Below, piece after piece: positions 13,206 through 25,699 of a stretch of DNA of 64,000 nucleotides (within the stretch, counting starts at the first letter, position 1; each line of letters begins with the position of its first letter). Origin of the DNA: Felis catus. Lineage: Eukaryota. The notes beneath the pieces are model-generated. The model was not told the DNA's origin and searched no databases. It worked only from the letters and a program-made list of their open reading frames with translations. Both the position numbers and the translations under genes were made by a program. The DNA is taken from assembly GCF_018350175.1 (NCBI RefSeq), contig NC_058383.1, positions 1,612,001 to 1,676,000 of the forward strand, given 5' to 3'.

Positions 13206-13277
13206 GTCACAGCAGCCCTCTGGGAAGCCAGGGCACGAGCCGAGGACACGGCGGGTGGGAGACGGCCAAGCGCAGGA

Positions 13278-13337
13278 GGCAGCGTGGACCATTCGAGAAA
13301 AGGGAGGCGGGCGGCAGCGTGGACCATTCGAGAAAAG
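13278..13337. repeat. 25-bp direct repeat, period 35
   Basis: ggcagcgtggaccattcgagaaaag at 13278 and 13313. Confidence 0.85.
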
Positions 13338-13749
13338 CAGGGAAGACTTGGGCAAGCCGATGCAGAAACGGACGCAGAAATGCAAACAACCCGCAACCGA
13401 GAACGGTAAGTTGGCCTGCGGTCATCAAGGCCGCACTACGCCACTCCGCTTCGGCAAAACGCCCGTTAGGGCCTGTTCTCACTGTCCACGAGAAATCCAA
13501 AGAAGGTTTTCTCACTTTTATGCGAAAAGGTGAAAAGCAAAAGTAGCATCCGGCATCGGTTTTGCGGCGAGCCCCTGGAGGCAGTGCGCACCGCCGGCAG
13601 GGCCCCCAGCTCCGTCCCCGGAAACCGCGCTCAGCATCCCGGCGTCCGGCCGCCAGAGCTCTGAGCTGGGTCCGCGAGCGTCCACGCGTCATCCTGAGTC
13701 TGTGTATCCACTAGCAAGATGCGTCCCAACGTCTCAGAGGAGCCCAAGA

Positions 13750-14780
13750 GAGGGGAGTTTTTCAACAGCTGGGTATCTAAATAGCAACAAGCGAACGCTG
13801 ACTCCTCCTTCACACCGGACACAAAAATCGATTTGCTGTGGCTCATAGGTCCACACGTAAAACCTCCCAGAAGCCAGGAGATGGCAACGCTGGGGTGAGC
13901 CAGGATTCTGCAGGCAAAGCGCTAGGCAGAGAAGAAGAAACGGGTAGACGCGACTTTCTCAAAATTTAAACTTTCACTTATCAAAAGGCAGCATGAGGGA
14001 AATGATCACGAGAAAACAGACCACGTAAAAGATGGGCTGAAGATTACGGAAGTCGTTTCGGCACAGGAGACGCGCGAATGGCTAACGGGCACGTGGGGAG
14101 GTGCCAGACGCCGCCCGCCACCGGGGAGACGCAGCCACGGCGCGACGCCACGCCACACCCGTCAGCGCGGCTGGACCCAAGAAGCCGAGGGCTCGCCGGT
14201 GCCAGAAGGACGCGGGGCACCAGAGCGCGCACGCAGGGGCCGTGAGGTGGCGGGCCACTTTGGAAAACCAAGCAGCAGGTTCCTAAAAAGTTGAATATAG
14301 ACTCACCCCCACGGCCCCCCGAGAAAGAGCCCCCCATGCCACTCCCACCCAGGGCACACGGGGCCTCGTGTTCAAAAGCCTTCAGCAGCAACATTCGCAA
14401 CAGCCCGACAGCGGACCACGTGTCGGTGTCCGTCAAAGCGTGGTCCGTGCCCGTAGGCTCATTCGTCACCGAGAAAGGAAACGAAGCACCGCCACGCACA
14501 CGCCGCCACGGCCAGACCTCACACACGTTCCGGTGAGGGGCGGAGGGCAGACACGAGGGCCCGTGTGCTGCGTGACCCCACTGTTGGGAGAAGTCCGGAA
14601 AAGACGTCGCCAGAGGCAGAGCGCGGACTTGGCCCGCGACCACGTGCTGCCACGGACGCTGGCTCTAAGTGGGCAGCAGGGCCCCCTGTGGGCTGACGGA
14701 AAGGTTCACCGTCACGGTGGCTGCAAACCTTGCGTGTTTACCAGAATCACCGTATGCTTAAGACAGGTGAAGATCGGAGC
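13750..14780 (+). mobile_element. Old L1 remnant (ORF2 3' end and 3' UTR)
   Basis: ttttcaacagctgg...ccttcacaccggacacaaaaatcga, aaaatttaaactttc and ccactttggaaaac...gttcctaaaaagttgaatatag are L1 3' landmarks. Confidence 0.7.
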
Positions 14781-14782
14781 TT

Positions 14783-15560
14783 ATTTTTTTTAAGGGCTCT
14801 CAGAATGGTTTTAGTTCACAGCGTGACCGAGCGGAAGGTAGAGACCTCCCTTATAGGGACGCACAAGGCCTCCCCCACTATTGACGTCCCCAGGACAGTG
14901 CACTTGTCATAATCGGTGACCCCACGCTGAGACGTCATCACCCAGAGTCCACCGTTCACGTGAGGGCGACCCTGCGTGGTGTGCAGTCTGTGGGTTGGAA
15001 TATGTGGAAGGACATGTGTCCACCAGTATAATCATACAGAATATTCAATGCCTGTGCCCCACCTGTTCATCCCTCCCCCGCCCCTGGCACCCACCCGTCC
15101 TCTACCGGCTCCCTGGCCCTGCCTTTCCCAGAAGGCCACTCGGCTGGGATCACCCAGGGTGCGGCCTCTCCAGACTAGCTTCCTTCACGCAGTAACCTGG
15201 ATCGAAGGTGCCTCTGCATCGTTGTTGGCTTCGCGGCTCCCTTCTTTCTGGGGCTGAGTAATACCCCACTGCCCGGATGGACCACGGTTCGTCCACCAGC
15301 CACTGAAGGGCATCGCGGTTGCTGTCCGGTTTTGTGGATGATGAATGAAGCTGCTGCAATCACCCGTGTACAGGTTTTGTGTGCACGTAAGTTTTCATCG
15401 CCTGTGGGTCAATACTGAGAAGCGTGACGGCTGGGTGCACGGCAAGCACGTAGTCAGTTTTGTAGGACGCCAGAGTCCCTTTCAAAGCAGCCACGGCATT
15501 CCACATCCCCGCTGCTCCCCGTCCCGCCAGCACCTGGCGGTGACGTGTTGTGGGCCGTGG
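14783..15560 (-). mobile_element. L1MC-like 3' end fragment
   Basis: ttttagttcacagc...cccagagtccaccgttcac...caccagtataatcatacagaata...tgaagctgctgcaatcacccgtgtacaggttttgtgtg matches an antisense L1MC1/2-type 3' UTR. Confidence 0.75.
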
Positions 15561-16499
15561 TCCTTCCTTGTTGCCGTGGAAGTTCAGATTTAAACACGCA
15601 AACTTTGCGATGTCTAAGGGACATCCAAGTGGGGGTGTCCAGGAGAGGGACGGGCCACGCACGCTTCTCTGGACGGATGCCCGCCCAGAACTCTTCCGCC
15701 AGGTGATCAGGGACGCCCCACCCTCTGGTCCCCAAGCAGGTGCCCAGGGCGCTGGCTCCACCGTCCGGCCCAGAGGCTGCCCCCAAAGCAGCGGGGGTGG
15801 GGCTAAGCAGCAGCGGGAAGGGGGACCACTCCTCACCCCACGCCGGCAGAGCCAAGGTGGCCTGCCGAGGTGCACCACTCCCCCAGCCTGGCCCAGGCTG
15901 GCCCAGGACTTGTTGGGCGCTAAGTCGCGGCCGCAGGGCCACCGGGGGAACCCTGCCCCGTCTGCCGGCAGACCTGGTGGTTACGTTACGTGACTTCCTT
16001 ACAACTGCAATCACACACCCAGTTGATGGTGTTGCCCTTTGTACGTGACACTGAGAACAAACAGACAGCGAGGGGAGAGGACGGCCTGGGACAGACAGTA
16101 ATTAAAGCGCCAACCAGTTTTCAACAAAGCCCACTGTCTGGAGGCAGCAAAGGAGGGTGGGGCCGGGACCCTGGGTACTCCCCTGCCACAGTGTCCCCGG
16201 GCCCGCCCGGCACCGCCGGGGAGACAGGACCTGGTGTCTCTGTCGAGGTCACACCGGCCCCCCACGCACCGGTGGCCTGACCCTGAAGCCACCTTCCCTC
16301 CCCAAGCCTTGCTTCCCGTGCAACCTTCAGAGGCACCGCTGACCTGAGGTCGAGGGCGGTCTCGGGCTCCACTGCAGCGGCTCTGCACAGCTTCCTAGGC
16401 CGACGTGCCCCCGCCGCCCCCTCTCGGGAGAGCGTGAGGACAGAGGCTGTGCGCAGACGACTGTGGCTCCGGGCCTCAGCGGCCCTCACAGCCACCACG

Positions 16500-16575
16500 T
16501 CATTTCACAGACGGGGAGCCGAGGGCCAGAGAAAGGACGGGCAACGCCCGACCACCCAGCTGTTAGGTGACCCCG
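16500..16575 (-). mobile_element. MIR relic
   Basis: catttcacagacggggagccgagggccagaga resembles the MIR core cattttacagatgaggaaactgaggcccagaga. Confidence 0.5.
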
Positions 16576-17802
16576 GGGCCACCGAGTGACTTCCACCAGG
16601 GCCAGGCCTCCCCGGGACCCTCTGCCTGCCTTGCCTGCCCGAGGGTGTGGGACCCAGGCTCCTGCCTTTGACTAAAGGGGGACGCCTCAATCGGAGCTGG
16701 TGGGTCAGCACGCATTGGGCCACAGGACTCGTGGGGTCATTCCTGCTTCTCCACCCAGGACGGCTCTGCCTGGACAGGCAGGCTCTGGCGCGGGTCCGGG
16801 TCACCAGGGCTGATGACAGTGGCCATTGTCACGGCTACCCCATTACCGCACACCAAGGGCACATAGCACACTCCGAAGGCATCGTACGGGTGCAGGAGGG
16901 GTCTCCATGCCGGCCTGGGGCACGGCGATTAGCCTTGTGTGGAAGCCAGGGGGACTGCGGCCAGGCGGGGGCGCAGCTCAGACGGCCGGGCAGCAGCGCA
17001 GGGATCCCCAGAAGTGAGCGGGGCCTGATTTGATTTCGGATCCAGGCTCTTCGGGCTCTCCAGTCGGGGCAGCTCTTCCCTCCCCGGCTCCAGGGGCCCT
17101 GCTGCGTGGGGCCCATGGTTAACTTAAATGAATGAGAACGTCGCACAGATGTATCTAGGGAAAAGGTCCCAGGGGCCGGGGGGGGGGGCCCACTCACACC
17201 CCTGCGTCGATTCACAGGGTGGCCAACCCAAGAGCACCGCACGCCTCGCACAGTCAACCACACAGCCCCGACCGGCCACAGAGCGGTCACGTAGCCCAAG
17301 GGGCCACGGAACAGGGGACTGCTCCTTCCTCACCCTGCCGGGTGGTGGGAACAAGAGTGGGCGCAGAGCCCCTCAGGGTGCAGGATCAGGGAACCTAGGG
17401 CTCCGAGCTGGGCTAAAGGGCGGGGTCAAAGAGAGCTCATTACAGCGGCCTCGTGGGGACTTCTGGCCCAGAAAGATGGAGCAATCTTCCCTGCTCCTCC
17501 CTCCCAAAGACAACCGCGTGCGTGCGGGAAAGGGCAGAGCAGCACAGCAGAGCTGGAGGGTGGGGGGAGGGGAGAGGGCCGGGACCCGAGACTCCAGGCA
17601 GAAGGACTCGTGACCGCACCTGGCAAAGGAAGGCGGCGTGGGCCCCGCGCGTGCAGACCCCAGCCCAGCAGCGGCAGGAGGCCGGGGCGGCAGGAGGCCG
17701 GGGCGGCCGTGCGTATGCAGTGGAGTGCTCCCTCCTGCAGCCGGGCCACACAAGTGTGCGCCCGGGAGTCCTCCCTCCCTGGAGACAACAAGGAGCAGCT
17801 GA

Positions 17803-18000
17803 AAAGTCGCCTACCAAAGTAACGTACGACCTCAACGCAAGTGCAGTAAGAACCAAAATCTCCATGGCTTTTTCGTGAACTCCACGGAGTAATTCTGAAA
17901 TTCACTTGGACTAACAGAAGATGAGAAAGTCCGTAAGTGGAAAAAGCAACACCTTGCTCTACACTGGACACTAAAACACATTTTAAAGTTACAAGTGCAA
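17803..18000 (+). mobile_element. L1 ORF2 fragment
   Basis: ctaccaaagtaacgtacgacctcaacgcaa...taattctgaaattcacttgga is a degenerate LPK..YRFNAI..LILKFIW segment. Confidence 0.65.
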
Positions 18001-18208
18001 GGGGCGCCTGGGTGGCGCAGTCGGTTAAGCGTCCGACTTCAGCCAGGTCACGATCTCGCGGTCCGTGAGTTCGAGCCCCGCGTCGGGCTCTGGGCTGATG
18101 GCTCGGAGCCTGGAGCCTGTTTCCTATTCTGTGTCTCCCTCTCTCTCTGCCCCTCCCCCGCTCATGCTCTGTCTCTCTCTGTCCCAAAAATAAATAAACG
18201 TTGAAAAA
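18001..18208 (+). mobile_element. Young Can-SINE (SINEC_Fc-like, tRNA-derived)
   Basis: ggggcgcctgggtggcgcagtcggttaagcgtccgacttcagccaggtcacgatctcgcggtccgtgagttcgagcccc, then a (CT) tract and aaaaataaataaacgttgaaaaa. Nearly identical to the copies at 21165 and 62665. Confidence 0.95.
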
Positions 18209-19483
18209 CTTTCTATATAAAATCACTGTGAAAAAAACCCAGAAGCTCCTACCCAAACTGAGTAAGAAGGTGATCGAGGGGCATGGACGTGGCGAGACCA
18301 CGTGTATGGGGCACGCAGGATGGCCCTCCTTGTCAGCAAGCAAAGGGACACACGCTAAAACAAGGGACCAGTTTTATCTAATATTTAAAAAAACACCGTG
18401 CGGTAAAATTGACGTTTTTTGGTGCCTAAGTCCGCAAGGCCACCGGCTCCAAGGCTCAGGACTGCTGCGCCACCCTGGACGGCTGTCCGCCACGGGCTCG
18501 GTGCCCCCCGCCCCCTCGCCCCGCATGCCGCTGGGACACTGACAGGTGGCCGCGTTCCCTCGGCGGGTGACCCGCCTATTCCGCACTCACCCGATACAGG
18601 GCGCTGCGGCTGGCAACGGTCTGTGGGGACCGCGTGTGGCACTGCCACACACGCAAGCTCGGTTCTGGGAAAGACGCAGCCGTGGACTCCAGCCCGTCTC
18701 TCGGTGAAGGCGCTCGCGCCGGAGGGAATGCCGCCGCTGGCCCTGAAGGGCAGAGGCGGCGAGAGGCTGAGGACGGGGCCCGGGGCCGGCGGCTCCAGGC
18801 GCAGGGTGAGCGGACACTCGCCGTGCGGGTCCTTCCCGGCCACGAGCGCGGCGCGTCTCCCCCTTTGTTCGGAGCCCCTCTGACTTCCTGCCTCACTGCC
18901 TCCTCCTGGATGCGTTTTGCTGGACTCACACCCAGGCATTTCACTTTTGGAGCATGAACAGAAACGGCAAGATGCTTCTGATTTCAGTGTCCACGCGGCC
19001 GGCACGTAACACACAACACACACAGACACACACACGCGCACACTCACGTGTCCAGCTGGCTGGTACTTAACACACAACACACACACGTGTCCCATAAAGG
19101 GTGGTCAGCAAGGCTGCAGGACACGAGACCCCCTGGATCACAAAGAATGCATCGTTTTTCTGGCTTGTCTGTTTGTACTTCTTGGGGTCTGCCATCCAGT
19201 CAGGCATCTGTTCCCTCCCATCCCCACCCCCACGCCTGCTCTTCCCTGGCTGCCTGGACGGGGACTTCAGGGCGTCAGACCACCGCTGCCTTATTTCCGG
19301 TCCAGGCGAGCGTGGGGTCGTCGCCGTCAGGTCCGGGGCTCGAGGCAGCGCCCGCAGACCCTCTCCGTCCGGCTGAGGAAGCCCCCTCTTTGTTTATTTT
19401 GCTGAGAGTTTTCCTGAGAGCCGAATTTTGTCACATTAGTTAATCAACTGGAATAAATACGAAAATAAATTCCTACAGGTCTC

Positions 19484-19660
19484 ATTTTCTGTCTGGTTTT
19501 CAAATTAAGGTAATATGTGCTTCATAGAATGATTAAAAAGGGCTCCCTCTTCACTTTTCTTGACGAGATGATCAGGACTGGTGTTCGTTGTTCTTCGTTT
19601 GGCAGAATTCACCAGTGAAAGCACCTGGGCCCGGACACTTCTTTTCTGGAAGCTTCCTGA
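19484..19660 (-). mobile_element. L1 ORF2 fragment
   Basis: Minus-strand translation LPEKKCPGPGAFTGEFCQT resembles L1 ORF2 LPTKKSPGPDGFTGEFYQT. Confidence 0.8.
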
Positions 19661-20974
19661 CTGTGGACCCCACGTGTGGAACAGCTGCAGGACCGCGGAG
19701 GCTATCTGCTTCTCTCCGGGCGAGCTCTACGGCGGCCTGGGTCTGCCAAAGCCAGTGGCCGTTGCCGGTTCGGATCCCGGCGCCCCCTCCCCGGGCCAGA
19801 TGCAGCGAGCGCCAGGTGCAGACAGAGCTGAGACAGAAGCCCTCACCTGCTGGCCCAAGAAGCAGGTAGTGGAAATCAGCTTCGTTCCTCTTCTCATGCT
19901 CCCCTCCTCTGGGCTGTGGGCAACCCCACAGAGGCACAGGTGCGGCTGGGCGGGCGCCTAGCACCTCAAGAGCTGTGACCTCAGGGCAGTGGGGTGAATC
20001 CTCGCCCATCTCCCTGCTGCACCCCACGGCGTGGGCCGAACTGCAGATGCGGTCGTGGCAAGTGCACAGGGGAGCGGAGCGAGCACCGCCCTGGGTTTCT
20101 GGCCAGGGCCCCTGGGGACCAGAAACTGTGGGGCGTCAGGAGAGGGGACTCTGGAGGGCATGCAGAGGGTGTGCGGGCCTCGAAACTGAACTGGTGTGTT
20201 AGCACAGCAGGCAGAGGGCACGGGAACCGCCACCTTGGCCCACCTGAGCAGACCACCTGCTGAAATCAGCCGACCGAGTGACATTCTCCGCAGGGCTACG
20301 GAAAGGCCTACAATCTCCTTAAATGGCATTCAAAACCTCCGGAAAACACCCCCAATTAAGCAGCACTTGAAGAACCAAGAAAATACAAACCTGCTAGGAA
20401 ACACACAGCCAACAGGTGCCAAACCCCAAAACACGGAGATGTTGGAATTATCAAGCAAGACTTTACAGATGCTCACAAGACAGGTATTTAGCTTGTCGTG
20501 GTCTACTCAGAAACAGTACTGCACCACTGAAATTGGCTGCAGAGACCACGTCAGCGTACAGGTCCCCTGCCCCCGGACACTGCTGCGGTCCCATCCCTCC
20601 ACTATTACCTGTGATCTGAGTTTCTTACACAGAGGGCAGGTGACCTGACTGACTGCAGATGACTCATCAGAAACCACAGAGGCCAGAGGTAGAGAGGCAA
20701 TGTCGATTTCCAAAGTGCTAACAGATAGAGCCCCTGACTCAGAATCAGCAGGGAGGTCCTTCAGGAATGAGGGCAGGACAGGTGTCACCACACGGATGGA
20801 GCCCCGGGAACCCGTGACAGCAGACTTACCCTGAAAGAAATGCCTGGGGAACAGACAGCAGGGGAAACCTGGGATTTCAGGCATGGAGAGAAAGCAACAG
20901 AATTCTAAATGTCTAGGTAAAAATCATGAACTGTTTTTCTCCTCTTACACTCTTTGAAACACATATGACAGTCT

Positions 20975-21156
20975 GGGGCTCCCGGGTGGCTCAGTCGGTT
21001 CAGTGTCCACCTTCAGCTCGGGTCATGATCTCACAGCTCATGGGTTTGAGCCCCGTGTTGGCCTCTGTGCTGACAGCTCAGAGCCTGAAGCCTGCTTCGG
21101 ATTCTGTCTCCCTCTCTCTCTGTCCCTCCCCTGCTCGCAGTCTCTCTCAAAAATAA
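20975..21156 (+). mobile_element. Older Can-SINE (SINEC_Fc2-like)
   Basis: ggggctcccgggtggctcagtcggtt...ctgacagctcagagcctgaagcctgcttcggattctgtctccctctctc...caaaaataa; diverged copy. Confidence 0.9.
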
Positions 21157-21164
21157 CAGGAATA

Positions 21165-21394
21165 GGGGCGCCTGGGTGGCGCAGTCGGTTGGGCGTCCGA
21201 CTTCAGCCAGGTCACGATCTCGCGGTCCGTGAGTTCGAGCCCCGCGTCGGGCTCTGGGCTGATGGCTCAGAGCCTGGAGCCTGTTTCCGATTCTGTGTCT
21301 CCCTCTCTCCCTGCCCCTCCCCCGTTCATGCTCTGTCTCTCTCTGTCCCAAAAATAAATAAACGTTGAAAAAAAAAAAGTAAAAAAAAAAAAAA
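21165..21394 (+). mobile_element. Young Can-SINE (SINEC_Fc-like) with 16-bp TSD
   Basis: Full-length body with a long A tail. TSD aaaaataacaggaata at 21149-21164 and 21390-21405. Confidence 0.97.
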
Positions 21395-22309
21395 TAACAG
21401 GAATAAAATACATAGAGGGCAAGAAAAACTAATCATAATAGCAGGCCTAAAACCAAACGTATTAAAAATTTACATTAAATATAAATGGCCTAAACACATT
21501 GATTAAAAGACCGAATACACATTCTCACAAAGTGCACACGGAACATGTACCCAGATAGCTCAGAACCGGCCATCGGACAAATTCGGAATTAAAAAAAAAC
21601 CCCACAAGATATTATACAGAGTAGTTCCTTAAATGTAAATGAATTAAACAAGAGATCAATAACAGAAAACCACCTGGAAAATCCCCAGACATTCTGAAAT
21701 TAGAAACACACTTCTACATAATGTATGAATCACAGAAGACAGCTAAAAGGAAATCTGAAAAATTCTGAACTGAACAAAAATGAAGCTACAACATACTGAA
21801 ATCTGTGGATACAGCTAAAGCAGCACTCGGATGTAAATTTACAGCACTATACACGAACATTAGAGAACAAAAAAGATCTCAAGTGAGCAATCTAACTTTC
21901 CAGCTTAAGAAACCAAAGAGTAAGAGAAAGCCAGAGCAAGCAGATGAAAGGAAATCAAATGGAAATAAGGCAAAAAAAAAAAAAAAAAAAAATCAATAAA
22001 ATCGAAAACAGAATACCAATACTGAAAAATCAATGAAAGCAAAAGCTCGGTCTTTTAAAGACTGATCCAAGGATAAATCTCCATCAAAGCTGACAAACAA
22101 AAAAAGCAAAGACACAAATTGCCAAAATCAGGAAGGAAAAAGAGGATAACTGCTGTAGACTCAGCAGAGATTACAGAACTGAAAAGCAACGGTACAAACG
22201 GTCCCCGCTATAACTCTCGTGACTCAGACATAAAGGACCAGTTCCCACCAAACCCCAGGCGCCACCACGACTCACCCAAGCTAAACCAGATAACCTGGTA
22301 TTATTCCTC

Positions 22310-22651
22310 TGCTCTTAGACCACGTGAGGCGTGCAGCAGAAAGTCACACACTAGGTGGTTTATCGACACAAGCTCGTGTTCCTCACGGCTCCGGAGGGCA
22401 AGGAGCCTGAAGGTACCAGCAGGTCGGGGGGCCAGCGAGGCTCCAATTATTGGCTTGGATGGTGTCTTCTCGCTGTGTTCTCACATGGTGGGAGGAGCAA
22501 GGGAGCGTCCTGGTGCCACCCACGGGGGCTCCGCCCTCAAGACCTTATCGCCTCCAAGGCCCCATCTCCTAACACCCTCACACAGGAGATGAGGGTCGCA
22601 AGACACGTTCTGTGTGTTGGGGGTAGGGGGCACAAACATTCAGTCCACTGC
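22310..22651 (-). mobile_element. MLT1A-like MaLR solo LTR inserted in L1
   Basis: The reverse complement starts gcagtggactgaatgtttgtgcccc (MLT1A 5' TGCTATGGACTGAATGTTTGTGTCCCC). L1 ORF2 sequence resumes on both sides. Confidence 0.75.
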
Positions 22652-25424
22652 CCCCGTAGCTAGTCTTCCACGACCCAGATCTACAGGTCCAGATGGTGTC
22701 CAGCAGAGATCTGTCTACAGAAGTGTTCAAGAAATAATGGCAATTTTACCCCGTCTCCTCTAAAAAACAGAAGAGGCAGGAACATTTCCCAACTCGTTGC
22801 ATTCATTATGCTGATAACCAAGTCAGACAAGGACGAGAAAACTCCAGACTAACAAGAACAAAGACACAAAAACTGGTGACAAAATATCAGCAGGTTGAAT
22901 CCGGCAACATAAAGAAGGAAAAATATACCACAACAAAGGGGAATTTATTCCAGGAATACAAGGCTGGTTCAATATTGAAAAATTTCACAGGGAAATCTCC
23001 CCACTGATAGTCTAAGGAAGAAAGAACACGTGACCTTATCCATCGATGGAGTTGGGAAGTTCCACATCCGGCACAACAAACACGGCACACCTAAGAGTAG
23101 AGGTGACCTCCTCAACCTGGCCAAGGGCATCTACACATGGTCCACAGCTCACAGCACCACTGGTGGGGAGGGACCGAACGCCCAGGAGATGAGGGGCAGT
23201 CGGGGTTCTGGAACAGATGGAACACGCCCGGAGAGGAGGACCGAGGCCAGCGCGCCCTCGCTCACCACTACTCTGCCCCACACCGGCGCGTCGGCCGGGG
23301 AGTAAGGCAAGAACGTGAAATGCGGGCACCCGGGTTTTACAGCAAAAGAGAAAGCAGTCGCTATCCACAAATATCATGACCGCAGAGAAAAAAAGAACGA
23401 AAACAAAAGAATGAAACTCCCCAAATCGGTGCGCAAGTTCTGTGAGGCCCCAGGACCCAAGACTGAGCCTATTTCTACACACAGCAACATCCACTAGAAA
23501 TGGTCAAAACGCACGCACACGCACTTAGGATCACTGCAAGAAAGGAAACTCCTAACAACACACTGAGTGGGGGTGTGCGAGACGCTCGGGAACCGCTGAT
23601 GACGGAAACCCGGGCCGGCCGGGGCCAGGGCAGACACTCCGTGTTCCAGCCCGGAAAGCCTCACCTCTTGAACGCACGGACCCTCCCCAAGCTGACCTGC
23701 AGACTTAACGGAGTTCTTGTGAAAGTCCTGGCGGGATGTCTGTCCATACGGACAAGCCGAGTCGCGAATTTCTACGGAAAAGCAGGGTCACTAGCACTGG
23801 TAAACGTGTGCGAAGAGGGGGCCCGGGCGGGACCGGTGCGGACTGTCTGGCTATGGCCACCGGTCGGGGGTGGGGGAGAGCAGCGAAGGGACAGACGAGT
23901 GGGCCAGAGGAACAGAAGGAGGCCCACATAACTTCGCCAGGGCACATGACGAAGGAGCAAAGGTCATCAATTCCACAGAGGCGTAACACGCTTTTCCGCA
24001 GGCCGACACCGGGACGATCGGACGTTCGCAGTTCACGTGAACTCCCCTCACGATTCCCTCGACCCAACCGTATGCAAAACATAACTCTAAACGGATCACA
24101 GATTTACCCATAAAACTAAATCTCTCTTGGTAGGAAACAGAAGAAAAAAGTGTCTTGACCTCGGGTGAGGTCAAGTTCCTGGATGGGACTCCCGTGAAAG
24201 GAAAATTCATCGTCCGGGCGCGTCCAAATGAAAAGTATCTGCTCTGAGGAAGCCACTGCCAGAAAATGAAACTCCCCGAGCTCAATACAAAGAAAACCGC
24301 CCGTTACAAAAGGGGGGAAACTGGACCAGACGCTGCGCTCCAGAGGGCGCAGAGACAGGCACGGGCAGAAACAGGCGCTCGTCTTCAGACAGCGGGGAAA
24401 CGCCCGTCACGACGGGACAGGCTCCGCCACACAGTCGCCGCCGGCAGCAGTGCCAGTGGGGACGCACGGCCACGGGCCACGGGCCACGGGCCACGCGCAG
24501 ACACCGGGTCAGGGCCCGGAGTTGACAAAGCCAACCACACGCTTACCAGCCGCCCGGCCCTTTCCCTCCTAGGAGCGCGCCTGAGGACACGGGCTAGCGC
24601 TGCCACGAGCACCTGCGTGGTCCTTTCCCGTGCCTGGTGGTTTGCTAACAGCGTATCCGGGGGCCTCTGACCCCGTTCTGAAAGTTCGGGGTCGACATCA
24701 GCTGTTTTGAAGTCTCTGTGGTGCTTTTCAGATTCGCCCCAAGTGTGCCCCACTCGGGCACCGGCAGCCGCTTCAAAGACACAAGCCTTCCTTCCCTTCC
24801 CACCTGCCGCCAGGCCAGGCTGTTTTGCGGGGCAGGTGGGTCAGGAAAGCCCAGCACCGGGACCCTCCCGCAGCTCCCAGTGCTCATCTGGGGTGGGGGA
24901 CGGAAGCGGCCGGAGAGACCCTACGTTGCTCCCCAGATCGTCTGGGCACGCTGGCCTTCTCTCCCCACCTGGATGGCGCATTGCTCGCCCCGGGGACATA
25001 AGCACAGCACTCGCTGTGGCCTGGCACAGGGCTGGGCACCTGCTGGGGGGAAGGACAAGGTCAGGTGACCCCTGCCAGGAGCACTAGTCCTTCTCTCCTC
25101 CCACTCAGCCCACAGAGCTCACCGAAGCCCCCCGCCCTGGCCGGAGGAAGCTGCCCGGCCGCCGCGGTGTCCCTGCTCCGAGGCCCTGGCTCCCATGGCC
25201 CTCCCGGGGGCCCTCGGGAGCCCATCGCGCCTCTTCCACGCCGGCACCGCACCCTCACGTGCCACGAGCCGATGGGAGCCGGGAGTGGCTCCCTTATCGG
25301 AGGGCACGGGGGTAGCAATGACTCAGCCCGTGTCTCACGGAGCTGGTGTTCAGATTTCCGCCGCTCTTGGCCCATGACCGTGGCCCTCCCGCTCGCCCCC
25401 GGCTGAGCCGGCGTGGGCTGAAGC

Positions 25425-25445
25425 GGGGGGGGGGGGGGGGGGGGG
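25425..25445. repeat. G21 homopolymer
   Basis: 21 consecutive G. Other long G runs occur at 334-349, 696-708 and 25818-25831. Confidence 0.9.
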
Positions 25446-25574
25446 CGCCTCACAAGCCCACAGACAGGCCGGACGGCAAGGGAAGAACACCGATCTTTGT
25501 GCCCCGGGCCCCTGTGGTGCGAGCGAGTACCCCAGTCCTCCAGGCCGCCTCTCTGGGCAGTGGGTGGGCTCCAG

Positions 25575-25628
25575 GGAGGAGCCACGGCACCCACCGCCAG
25601 GAGGGAGGAGCCACGGCACCCCACCACC
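25575..25628. repeat. ~31-bp tandem duplication
   Basis: ggaggagccacggcaccc(c)acc occurs twice. Confidence 0.75.
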
Positions 25629-25699
25629 AAGGGACACCTTGGGATCAGCTGCACCCACACAGCTGGGCGGCGACAAACTTGATCACCTTCACTGTGCTG

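Larger units (their letters stand above)
20300..24340 (+). mobile_element. Old decayed L1 (ORF1 C-terminus to ORF2 3' end), interrupted by two SINEs and an MLT1 LTR
   Basis: ORF1-like gactcatcagaaaccacagaggccaga (~20661), endonuclease-like gaatacacattctcacaaagtgcacacggaacat (~21513), aatctgtggatacagctaaagcag (NLWD.AKA, ~21800), ggaatttattccaggaatacaaggctggttcaat (~22940). Confidence 0.85.

Noticed and set aside
18001..18085. tRNA-like A/B boxes (tggcgcagtcgg...gttcgagcc)
   Set aside because: This is the tRNA-derived head of a Can-SINE, not a tRNA gene.
17995..21368. Near-identical short ORFs (GAPGWRSRL..RLQPGHDLAVREFEPRVGLWADG) at several loci
   Set aside because: These are translations of Can-SINE copies, not a gene family.
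20300..24340. Possible intact L1 or domesticated reverse transcriptase
   Set aside because: Many stops, frameshifts, deletions and nested insertions; no long L1-like ORF in the track.
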